NCBI GenBank assembly: GCA_043228905.1
Contig: JBHGNT010000001.1
Location: forward strand, 13,330,001 to 13,394,000
Source: Azolla caroliniana
Lineage: Eukaryota > Plantae > Polypodiophyta
Direction: 5' to 3'
Length of the DNA: 64,000 nucleotides
Shown here: in pieces, positions 52,700 to 64,000 of the stretch
How positions within the stretch are numbered: position 1 is the stretch's first letter
How the letters are laid out: each line of letters starts with the position of its first letter
Position numbers and translations under genes: made by a program
The notes under the pieces: model-generated
Seen by the model: only the letters and a program-made list of their open reading frames with translations
Told to the model about the DNA's origin: nothing
Database searches by the model: none

Positions 52700-54054
52700 G
52701 CATCTTCTTTCTTTTTTGCATTCCTTGTCTCATGTCTTTTTTATGGGCCTTGCTCTTCTATTCTTTTTCTCTTTTCTTCGATGAACACCTCGTGGTTGTC
52801 GCACATCACTTCCGCAAGTATGGTGTTGTCATCCACAGGATCTGACCATCCGGTTATGCTTTGCACACTTCGGTCCGCAAGCGCTACCTTGTTCGGAGTG
52901 ACCTTTCCCTTGTTCTCATACTCGAGAACGGTAGACCAAAACTTTGCTCCCGCTTTCACAACTTCAATTTTGTCTTTCCTGACTCTTATTCCGGCCAATG
53001 CAACATAGTGCATCGCATGCACATGAGTCACCTCGGCATCCTCCATAACTTTCTTCATTCCCCCTCTTCCGAAATTCACTCGTAGGGTTCTTCTAGTCTC
53101 ACTCAAGCAGATCATGTTGCCATCCATGTATACGATATTTTGTCGAATGGCATCTCGAAGGCTCGTGCAATCCCTTCTCATGTGGTCCATGCTATCGCAC
53201 CACACGCATCTAAAGGGTTCTTTTCCTTTGAGGCCCCAATGTTTCATGTTGGCTAGCGTGACCATCTCAAACTTCTTCGCTAGTTCTTCGATGATGTCGT
53301 CATCAATCTTCTTTTGTTCCGGGCTGCTTTGTTTGGGCGGCTCAGCTACTTTCAGTTGTCTTGTTTTCTCCACGACAGTCGATCCCGCCAAGTCGGTGTC
53401 ATCAACCCACTGACGACGCTTGTCGAGCCTATTGCACGCCTGCTTCACCGCAATCCAGGATGCCACAAGCCCATTTGCTTGGGTATCATCTTCAAGAAGA
53501 GTCCCCAATTCTCGTCTATCCTTGATGTCCACAACTTTCAGGAAGTACAAAGTCTTGTACTCCTCAAGTAGCACTTGGTTCGTGGCGGGGACACAACGAA
53601 ACATTTGGTCGAACTCCTCGTACACCCTCGAAGCGCTCATCCTCTTAATCTTCTTTTCTATCCACTTCATCAAGGCATGTCGAGTCATCCTCGACAAATC
53701 TTCCATCACTAACTCCGCTAATATCGCTTTCTCAAACTTCGACCATGTTGTCTTCCCTTCTTGAAGCTCGATGACGCGCCTTTGGATGTTGTTGGCCACC
53801 ACTCTCTTGAAACTTGTGATTTGACGCGCTTCAGACACGTCCCTTTGATTCATCTCCCTTTTGTATGCATCAAGGAACTTCGTAATGTTCCTTCCGTGAA
53901 ATTGACACGACACGGTTTCTGTTGTTACGATCACGCGTAGGAAATAAGGCGGGACCGCAGGGGCCTTGAACCAAGGAACGTGAGACAGAGAAAAAGAGAG
54001 AGACTCGTTGAAACGCAGAGAGACAAAAAATGAAATAATCGAATCCAATAACAA
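52700..54054 (-). pseudogene. Gag of the minus-strand gypsy
   Basis: 437-aa ORF with FHGRNITKFL and Zn knuckle CVWCDSMDHMRRDC. Confidence 0.82.
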
Positions 54055-54942
54055 TATAGATTACAACTTGCAATGTTACAACCGACAAGTTGGTGATAAA
54101 CTCGACACAGACGAACGCACGCCCTGAAATACGTGGCAGAGCCTCTACCAGAAGCACGTGGGCTTTCACGTAGCAGAGGCAACCAACCTAACCCCAATAA
54201 TCCCGGCAACAACGATGGTGGAGGAAAGAGCTCGGTTCCCAATCCGACACCACTTCGTCCTCTCTAAAATGTGTGATCCCTACTCAGGCCCTTTCCCTCT
54301 CCTTTTATAGCTCAAGGAGAGAGCCATTTACAGACCGTTAAATCCATGTTGTTCTCTTCGATTCCCTACTTAATGAACTAGTGCTACCTAGGATAATTAC
54401 ATCGTTGGCCTGTACTTAACTACATATATCAATATATCAAAACATGTGCTCGTGTGTCAGGGCCGGTTCACACATATCATCCACCGATTTCTCCTAGGGA
54501 CGGTTTTCTCCATGACAACGGTCGACGGCCTTCTCCACGCTCGCACCGTTGTCTTGAGATCTCATCATTTGTTCGACGATCAACATCATCCTTTCGAACT
54601 CTCCTGCTTGATTGCTTGAGGATGCCATCTCCACTTAATGAACTAGTGCTACCTAGGATAATTACATCGCTGGCCTGTACTTAACTACGTATATAAATAT
54701 ATCAAAACATGTGCCCGTGTGTAAGGGCCGGTTCACGCATATCATCCACCGATTTCTCCTAGGGACGGTTTTCTCCACGACAACTGTCATGAACACATGA
54801 CCATTATGGCGTCACCCAGACTTGAACCTTGAACCTTGTAATCCATACTGGAAAAACTCAACCATTAAGATAACTTATTGTAATATGAAACAATAAAAGC
54901 TACTTCTTGTATTACATTGATTATCGTAAATCCTCTAGATTA

Positions 54943-55006
54943 TTCTAGAATGTTCTAGAATGTCCTAGAGCATTCTAGGTCTAGAACATTCTAGAACATT
55001 CTAGAA
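54943..55006 (+). promoter_or_regulatory. Heat-shock-element array in LTR U3 (also ~60253-60316; related HSE at 1456-1473)
   Basis: TTCtaGAAtgTTCtaGAA...GAAcaTTCtaGAAcaTTCtaGAA: alternating nGAAn units ending ~25 bp upstream of TATAAATA (55032). Confidence 0.65.
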
Positions 55007-55230
55007 ATCTCTAAGCTATTCTATAGGAACCTATAAATAAGGGCATACATGTATTCTCAAATCAATTCGAATCAACACCAGTCTTTAGCTCTCATTACAT
55101 ATCTTGTATCCATTCTCTTTCTTTCTCTATCTTATACATCCATTCTTCTCTTAGTATTTCGTTCCTTTCTTCTCGTGTTCTCTAATATCCTTCTTCCATC
55201 ACTCTATCTTTTATCCTTGGTTCTGACAGC

Positions 55231-55242
55231 TTGATTCGAATT
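55231..55242 (+). other. Self-priming primer-binding site
   Basis: TTGATTCGAATT is the exact reverse complement of AATTCGAATCAA (55064-55075), 32 nt downstream of the TATA box. There is no TGG tRNA-type PBS. Confidence 0.75.
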
Positions 55243-58200
55243 CTCTCTCTCTCTCTCTCTCTTATCCTCCTTTGTAACCATCCTGAAACCATGGCTGCCA
55301 TTAACTTAGAAGAATATCTCACCCTTGTTGCAGAAATGGAGAACCTTAAATCCAAGTTCACATCTCTTGAAGTAGAGAATCAACGTCTACTTGGGGATCT
55401 ACAAAAGGTTACTATAGAGAAGCAACAACAACAAGAGAGTTCACGCGATGAGTGCAACAATTAGAGTCGACAATCGTAGTGTTACAACAACAAAGAGTTG
55501 AAGGTCAGGAACTTATCAAGGAGCCCAAAATTAGCCTCCCAGCTAAATTTGATGGGTCGAGGGTGCATTTCCGAGGTTTCTTGAATCAAGTACGGTTGGT
55601 GATTCAAATGCATCCCGCGCGCTATCCAACAAATGCATCACGAGTCGGGCTAGTGGGCACCTTATTGACTGGCATAGCGTTGTCGTGGTTTGCTCCATTG
55701 CTAGAGACCAATTCTCCTCTACTTAATAATTTCGAGGAATTTATCAAGGAATTTAAGGCTTGTTTCGGAGATACTGATGGGGCGAGAACAACTATCAACA
55801 AGATTCGTACACTTCGTCAAGGTGATCAATCAGCTTCGACATATGCTGCCAATTTCCGTCTCATCGCAATTGATATTCCTTGGGATGAACAAGCCCTAAT
55901 GGAGCAATTCCGTTCAGGCCTTCGTAGTGATGTCAAAGACTTACTTCTTGCCTTCCCTGAGGATCCAAGGTCACTTACAGAAGCTATTAGTCGAGCAATA
56001 CAGTGTGATAATCGCCTTTTTGAGCGTCGATGTGAGCGATAACAACAAATAACAAGATCAAGATTCACACCAACTTATGCATCAGTAACGGCGCAATCAT
56101 CTCCAAGGCAAATGTATAGCCCTGCTCCAGCTCCAAGGCAAACACATAGTCCAGTCTCAATGGATAGTCCTGCACCCATGGAGATCGATATGACTCAACG
56201 ACGAGGACCGTTGTCAGACGAAGAGAAGCAACGTCGTCGAGCAAACCATCTATGCTTATATTGCGGAGGTCCAGGACATATAGCCATTCATTGCTCCCGT
56301 AGGCTGAGACGTCAGGTAAATCAAATTCACTATGACAATAAAAATGAGTCCAATATTTTAGAAGCAGTTAGTGAATCTAATATTATGAATAATCCACCCT
56401 TGTCCAATAAATTTGAAGTCCTAAGCCAATTAGAAGAGGAGTCAAACGAATAATTCCGGCCAAAATAGGAGCCATTTGGTTGGACAACTCTAAATATGTA
56501 CAACCTAGTGTAGGTTCCATTTCTTCCAAGCATGTTAGTAGAGTCTTCTCAGCCCTAGTACAAGTTAGGACACCCAGTTGTCAACTTCAAGTCCACGCCC
56601 TCTTAGATACTGGAGCCAATTCTTGTTTCATGGATAGAGATTTTGCCTAAAAACACCAAATATCCTTGCATACACTTCCTTGTCTAGTTTCCGTAGTAGT
56701 GATTGATGGACGACCCATAGCTTCCGGGAAGATATTTGAAGAGTTTGAACCAATACACATACTCTTGGGTGATTTAGGATGTGTAGTTTCCTTTAACATA
56801 ATCTGTAGTCCTGAGCATCCAATTGTCCTCAGTTTGCCATGGTTCGAGCTACATAACCCTAGAATCGATTGGAGGAAGCGAGAAATTAGGTGCCCTTTAG
56901 TAGAAAATATCATTGTCAAGGATCGAACTCAGGAGTATCCTCCTAAAGTATATAGTTCTACCGATGCACCATATCCTTCTTATCAAATTTCAGCCATCAC
57001 ATTGCAACAATTGTGCCAAGTGGGAGGCAAGGATGAGCTTTTTTTATTTGCAGTATCAGTGACACCTTCTAGTGTCACTCAAGGGAATTCAGACATCCAA
57101 ATTCCCAAAAAATATCAAGACTATGCTGATGTTTTCGACAAAGTCAAAGCTAGTGTTCTTCCAAAGCATTGGCCGTACGACTTTCCTATTGATCTCCAAC
57201 CAGGAAAAGAGCCATCGTGGGGTTCGATTTACAATTTATCACCCACTAAGCTTGAGGTTCTTCGAGAATACATCGAGGAAAATCTTGCACATGGGTTTAT
57301 TCGACATTCAAAGTCTCCAGCTGGTGCTCCTATCTTTTTTGTGAAGAAAAAGGACGGCTCCCTTCGTTTGGTCGTGGACTATCGAGGCTTAAATAAAGTC
57401 ACCATAAGGAATAGGTATGCTTTACCTTTAATCTCCAATCTCTTAGAACGCATTGGTGGGGCAAAGCATTTTACCAAAAGTGATCTAAGGGGTGCATATA
57501 ATCTTGTTCGAATTCGGCCGGGAGATGAGTGGAAAACAACATTTCGTACTTGGTATGGTCATTTCGAGTATATAGTCATGCCTTTCGGGCTCACAAATGC
57601 ACCTGCAATATTCCAACATATGGCAAATGACATCTTCCGGGATTTCTTGGATATTTTTCTAATCATCTACCTAGATGATCTATTGATTTACTCTAAAACA
57701 TAGGGGGAGCATGATATACATGTGCAGCAAGTACTTGAACGCCTAAGGAAGTATGGTCTTTATGCCAAACTTGAGAAATGTAGTTTTGATTGCAAACAAG
57801 TCGAATTTTTGGGATACACTATTTCATCCCAGGGTGTTTTTATGGACCCGACAAAAGTCCAAACAATATTGGAATGGAAACCCCCATGCTCAGTTTGGGG
57901 ATGTCCAGTGTTTCCTCGGATTTGAAAACTTCTATCGCAAATTCATATATAATTATTCAAGCATTGTGTTGCCCCTTACTCAACTCACTAAGAAAAATCA
58001 CGCATTTTTTTGGAGTATCGAAGCAGACAAGGCTTTTACGCAGCTGAAAGAGGCATTCACATCAGCACCCATCCTAGCACATATTGATCCTGAAAAGCCA
58101 TTTACTATTGAGGCAGATGCGTTGGACTTTGCATTGGGGAGTATCCTATTGCAACTAGGCGAGGACAGGCAGACACATCCAATCGCGTTTCACTCGAGAA

Positions 58201-61149
58201 AATTTATTGTTTCGGAGATAAACTATGAGGTGCATGACAAGGAGTTACTAGGTGTGGTCGACTCATTCGAGCAATGGCGTCATTTTCTAGAAGGATCACC
58301 TCATTAGATTATCATTTATAGTGATCACAAAAATCTCACATATTTTCAAACAACTCGAGTATTAAATAGATGCCAAGCTCGGTGGGCCCAATTTCTAACG
58401 CGTTTCGATTTCAAGATCATTTTTCGCCCCAGAAAACAACAAGGGAAAGCAGATGCTTTGTCACGGCGTTCGTATCTAGCACTTCGACTTGGAGATCCGG
58501 CCTTTGAAAATCAAAAGCAAATTCTCCTCGGGCCATCAAAGCTACAGGTAACAATAATTTATGCCACGCCACTTGATTCTACCCTTCTTGACACTATTTG
58601 GCAACAACTTCATTCAGATGATTTCGCTAAGGATGTCTTAGCCCACTGTGGTTCAAGTCGTCCATCTTGCTCCACATTGCCAGGGTCATCTCAACATTAT
58701 CAAGACTTCAAGTGGCAAGATGGCTTACTCTTCTACAAGAATCTCCTTTACGTCCCCGACGGATCACCCCGACTTCAAGTGTTGGAACATTGTCATGATG
58801 CCCCCATGGCTGGACATTTTGGTATTTCCAAGACCATTGAGCTGTTGAAACGTTCGTTTTGGTGGCCTCACTTGCAAAAATTTGTTGAAGATTATGTTCG
58901 CACTTGTGACACTTGTTGTCACGCCAAAATACCTCGGCATCACCCTTATGGCTTACTACAACCATTACCCCCTCCCAACAAGCCATGGCAGTCTATTTCT
59001 ATGGATTTCATTACGGATCTGCCACCTTACAAAGGCTTTGATACTATTTTAAACGTAGTGGATCGGTTTACCAAGATGGCACATTTTGTACCATGTGTAA
59101 AGACCATCAATAGTGAAGAAACTGCAGATCTCATTATGCGTGAAGTGTTTCGCCATCATGGTCTCCCGAATGATATTATTAGCGATCGAGGTCCTCAATT
59201 TATCTCACACTTTTGGAAGCACCTATGGGCAGGCCTCAAAATCTCCTGCAAACTCTCTTCGGCTTATCATCCACAAACTGACGGACAAACAGAGCGCACA
59301 AATCAAACGCTCGAGCAATATCTTCGATATTTCATTAGTTATCAACAAGATGATTGGAGTAATATTTTACATCTTGCCGAGTTTGCATACAACAACACGG
59401 TCCACTCTTCTACCAAAGTTACACCTTTCTTTGCCTACACTGGCAACCACCCTCGATGGTGTATACTGGATCTTCCCGAGGTGTCATGAAACCCTAGTGC
59501 GGCGCATCACCTCCATCGACTACAACAAATCCAGTTCGAGTTATCGTCACATCTTCAGAAAGCGCAAGCACACCATAAGACCAATGCCGATCAACATCGT
59601 CATAAGTCTCCGTTTAAGGTTGGTGACCGTGTATGGTTGCTTTGTCGTCACATCAAGACTACCCGACCATGTGCTAAGCTTGACTATCAACGCTTAGGTC
59701 CTTTTGTCATCACGGCGCAGATTAATGATGCAACATTTCGTCTTAACCTTCCTGCACATATGCGACTTCACCCTGTCTTTCATAGCTCTCTTTTGGAACC
59801 TTGCCACACCTCTTTAATTCCTAATCGTGTCGTGCCACCACCGCCTTCTGCACAACTTGTGGACGGCCCTGAATACGAGGTAGCTGCTATTCTCGATTCT
59901 AAGATTGTGCACAATAAGCTTTATTATCTAGTTGATTGGCTTGGCTATCCTCCGAGTGATCGCACTTGGGAACCCATTGATAACGTTTGTAATGTTGAAG
60001 CTCTGGTCAATGACTTCCATCGTCACTATCCAAACAAGCCCGGCCCAACAATGTTAACGCTGACTTCCACTCGGCGTTCTCGAAGGAGGGATAGTGTCAT
60101 GAACACATGACCATTATGGCGTCACCCAGACTTGAACCTTCAACCTTGTAATCCATACTAGAAAACCTCAACCATTAAGATAGCTTATTGTAATATAAAA
60201 CAATAAAAGCTACTTCTTGTATTACATTGATTATTGTAAAGCCTCTAGATTATTCTAGAATGTTCTAGAATGTCCTAGAGCATTCTAGGTCTAGAACATC
60301 CGAGAACATTCTAGAAATCTCTAAGCTATTCTATAGGAACCTATAAATAAGGGCATACATGTATTCTCAAATAAATTCGAATCAACACCAATCCTTAGCT
60401 CTCATTACATATCTTGTATCCATTCTCTTTCTTTCTCTATCTTATACATCCATTCTTCTCTTAGTATTTCGTTCCTTTCTTCTCGTGTTCTCTAATATCC
60501 TTCTTCCATCACTCTATCTTTTATCCTTGGTTCTGACAACAACGGTCAATGGCCTTCTCCACGCTCATATCGTTGTCTCGAGATCTCATCATTTGTTTGA
60601 CGATCAACATCATCCTTACAAACTCTCCCGCTTGATTGCTTGAGGATGGCATCTCCAAGTATCGGTTGATCCTCGACTTGATCCTTCCTACCACCTCTTT
60701 CACGTCGGGTTCACCAATTAATTATGTCGTGAAGATCTGTCACTACATGTGGATCGTGAGGCGGAACCACCGGGGTCCTGGACAGGCAGGACTCGATGTT
60801 TGTCTAGCATAATTGAGAATGTATTCAGAAGATAATAGAGACAGATTGAGAGACGGAGATTCCAATTATGAGACAGATTGAGATAGAGATTGAACCTTTG
60901 ACTTTAGATCTGAGAAACTCAGCACATAACCATTAGAATAACTTAGATCTTGTATTAAGTTTTGTTTTTCTTACATCACTTCTCTCCCCTTACACAAGCC
61001 CAACTATAGGCTTTTATAGGTCTCCCCATGCAAAAACCATGGGCTAAACCCACGGGCTAAAACCATGGTTTTGTGCCCACGGTTTCTATATGTTTGCTTC
61101 CTACAAAATACTGAATATAAAAAACAAAATATATAAATTTTAATGCACT

Positions 61150-61222
61150 CAGTAGTGGCTTTAGTGGCAAGTTAATTTGTCTCCTATCTTGGAGGTGCAA
61201 GGTTCAAGCCTTGCTTCCACCC
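61150..61222 (+). other. tRNA-derived (SINE-head-like) degenerate sequence
   Basis: A-box-like TGGCTTTAGTGG (61156) and B-box GGTTCAAGCC (61201) at tRNA-like spacing. Confidence 0.45.
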
Positions 61223-61299
61223 CTATGTATGCACTTAGATGTTACTAGGCTTTAGTCTTATTTTTAAATTTACAATTGAGCGCACATCACATGTGCACA

Positions 61300-64000
61300 T
61301 GTTTATCTTTGCACAACACCTCCGTTCTTTGTCACTCCCTGTTTATCTGAGTATCGTCCCTTTATTAAATCGAAAATTTGGTTTTGCTCTAAACCATTTA
61401 ATAGGTTTGCAGCATTGCAAGCTCGAAATCAAGTATTATATGTAAGCTATCAATGGAAACATGTTATTCATGTTGCGTTCTCGCTAGGAACATCCATCCA
61501 TCATTGCTTCTATATTGGATCAATACGAAGTCTTTCAGACAGCCTTCACCTTAGCTCAGTTGGTAGAGCAAAGGATTGTAGTTTTCATAGTCATCCTGAG
61601 GTCGTTGTTTCAAATCCGACAGGTCAGAACTCTAAGTTGGTTACGAGTTTTACTATGCTTTACTTGCATGAATTTCTTCCACAATGGCAATTTGCGCTCT
61701 CCATTGCAACATTCATTGGTAAAGGTGTTGAACATCTAGATCTAGTGGTCACTTTCATCCTTATTATGTGAAATGAAATATTTTTCATCTCATAGGTCTA
61801 ATATAATACAATATATCTATCTATCTTTAGCGAACACCTCCGTTTTTTGTGACTCCTTGTTCGTCTGAACATCGTCCCTATATTAAATCCAATATCTCAG
61901 TGTGCTAACTAATATAATATGTTTGCAACATTGTAGGCTTGAAATCAAGTATTAGATGTTAGTCATCAATGGATACTTGGTATAGATGTTGTGTTGTCTC
62001 TAGGAACGTCCATTTTTGGTTATATATGGGAGCAATATGGAGGCTTTACCACACCTCCGACCTTAGCTCAGTTGGTAGAGTGGAGGACTGTAGTGTTGAT
62101 TGATATCCTTAGGTCGTTGGTTTAAATCGGACATGTCGGAAGTCGAAGTTGGTTGCGATTTTAGCTATGCTTTCCTTGCATAAATTCCTTTCACAATGGC
62201 AATGTGCAATTTGCATTGCAACATTCATTGGTAAAGGTGTTGTACATGTAGATGTAGTGGTCACTTTTACCTTTATTATGTAAAATGAAATATAAAATTT
62301 ATTTTTCCCACAAATACTATACTCCATTGGTATTAAAATTAACAATGCCAAAGTCCATCTACAATTTGTATATAATAATTTCCACTACACAAGTATCTAT
62401 CAAAAAAATACCAAATATAAATGATGGCCTTTGGCAAGATAAGGCTAATTATATCCATGAAAACTCTCTCAGCCTTTGCCAACAAGACTCATTGTCAACC
62501 TATAACCAAATTCCCGTGGTCCAAGAGAATACATATCTTTACATATCTTGGTGGTAATCCTAGTCAATATACCCTAGTTGTCGACCCTAACCAGTAGTCT
62601 AAAAACGAGTCCATGTATGCATTTGACTCCACCTATACTGAAGTTGTTCACCATCACTGGCTATCCACTAGGGTGATGCTATTTGACAAATGTTTATTAC
62701 ACAACAGTTGAGGACACCAAAGTAGTCCATGATGCACCTGACGCTTGGGTAAAATGTGATGGGTGGCCTATGTCGCCCCCATGTATCATCTCCCATATCA
62801 AAACGACCATGTCCTTCATCTCTACGAAAATTGAAAATGTACTTATAATAATCTCCCTATAAACAAGATGAACTATGTCCTCCTCACCTCACACCATCTG
62901 CTTCGATCCCCACACCATCTTCACTCAACCTTAACACTAAACAAAATTATGATTCATTCCGTTCCAATCAACCATCTCGCCGCTTACTACCAAGGTCCTG
63001 TACAAAGAACAACAAAATGAGTCTAGTGTGATTCTCAACCCCTCACGATTTGCTTCAATCCCCCCCACCATCTATCGATTTACCTTTGCACAACACCTCC
63101 AAACTTTGTCACTCCCCGTTTGTCTGAGTATCGTCCCTTTATTAAATCCCAAATCTGACTTTGGTCATGCAATTAATAAATATGCCACATTGCAAGCTCG
63201 ACATCAAGTATTATATGTTAGCTATCAATGGAAACATGTCATTCATGTTGCATTCACACTAGGAACACCCATCCATCATTGGTTCTATATCGAATCAATA
63301 CGAAGTCTATTAGACAGCTTTCCCCTTAGCTCAGTTGGGAGAGCGAAGGATTGTAGTTTCAATATTCAATAGTCATCCTGAGGTCATTGGTTCAAATCCG
63401 ACAAGTCACAACTCTAAGTTGGTTGCGATTTTTACTATACTTTACTTGCATGAATTTCTTCCACAATCGCAATGTGCGCTCTCCATTGCAACATTCATGG
63501 GAAAAGGTGTTGAACATCTAGATCTAGTGATCACTTTCAACCTTATTATGTAAAATGAAATATTATTCATCTAATAGGTAGAATATAATATAATCTACCT
63601 ATCTATTTTTACCGAATACCTCCATTCTCTGTCACTCCTTGTTCGTCTAAACATCGTCCCTATATAAAATCCAACATCTGACTATGTTCACTAATATAAT
63701 ATATCTGCAATGTTGCGTGCTTAACATCAAGCATTAGAAGTTACTCATGAATGGAAACTTGGTATAGATGTTGTGTTGTCTCTAGGAACATCCATTTTTG
63801 CTTCTATATTGGAGCAATATCCAAGCTTTACCACACCTACGATCTTACCTCGGATGGTAGAGCGGAGGACTATAGTGTGATTGTCATCCTTAGGTTGTTG
63901 GTTCAAATCCGATAGGTTGGAACTCAAAGTCGGTAGAGTGGAGGACTGTAGTATTGATAGTCATCCTTAGGTCATTGGTTCAAATCCGAGAGGTCGGAAC
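61300..64000 (+). repeat. Diverged right-hand continuation of the tRNA-Tyr array (interrupted ~62296-63068; runs off the window)
   Basis: Degenerate tRNA-Tyr copies at ~61547, 62057, 63320, 63839 and 63930 with the same spacers. Confidence 0.92.

Larger units (their letters stand above)
54785..60538 (+). mobile_element. Full-length Ty3/gypsy chromovirus (Tcn1/Tf1-like), 5754 bp, decayed gag-pol from ATG 55291
   Basis: 444-bp LTRs 54785-55228 and 60095-60538 (about 12 differences by eye, ~97% identical), TSD ACAAC, PPT GAAGGAGGGATAG. Gag (KFDGSR, CLYCGGPGHIAIHC), PR (LLDTGA), RT (YLDD), RH, INT, chromodomain. Confidence 0.96.
35992..61105 (-). mobile_element. Large, decayed minus-strand Ty3/gypsy element hosting three nested insertions (copia, Sola-like, chromovirus)
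   Basis: gag (54054-52741), protease/RT/RNase H/start of integrase (45049-41707). Terminal direct repeat: 35992-36680 matches 54582-54784 + 60544-61026. Possible PBS TGGTGTCGGATTGGG on the minus strand at ~54253. Outer boundaries uncertain. Confidence 0.72.

Noticed and set aside
60801-61105. TGT...ACA segment as a stand-alone 305-bp LTR
   Set aside because: There is no adjacent PBS or matching TSD, and homology with the left copy extends well beyond it, so it is treated as part of a longer terminal repeat.
62296-63068. Non-array insert in the right flank
   Set aside because: No TIR, TSD or recognisable coding motif could be established by eye, so it is left unannotated.

Overview
Land-plant nuclear DNA, probably from a non-seed plant such as a fern (inferred from the TE families). 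It holds one host gene, a 13-exon HCF173 orthologue (minus strand, 5259-10434). From about 12.5 kb to the window end runs a large tandem array of intron-containing tRNA-Tyr(GTA) genes and pseudogenes (roughly 45-50 copies by manual count), with a homogeneous 1771-bp higher-order-repeat core. A nest of transposons interrupts the array: Ty3/gypsy, Ty1/copia and two related Sola-like DDD DNA transposons. The most striking element is a complete 7.6-kb DNA transposon (45050-52695; 37-bp TIRs, TTCT target-site duplication). It carries a transposase and, divergently, a spliced 6-exon gene for a ~968-aa ParB/Srx-like domain fused to a bacterial-type beta-class N6A/N4C DNA methyltransferase, with ~52-bp-periodic palindromes in its first intron. 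A truncated, diverged relative with the same layout lies at 17478-21696. Several LTRs carry tRNA-derived Pol III boxes and heat-shock elements, and one has a self-priming PBS. All coordinates were read by hand; family names rest on motif recognition, not database searches.
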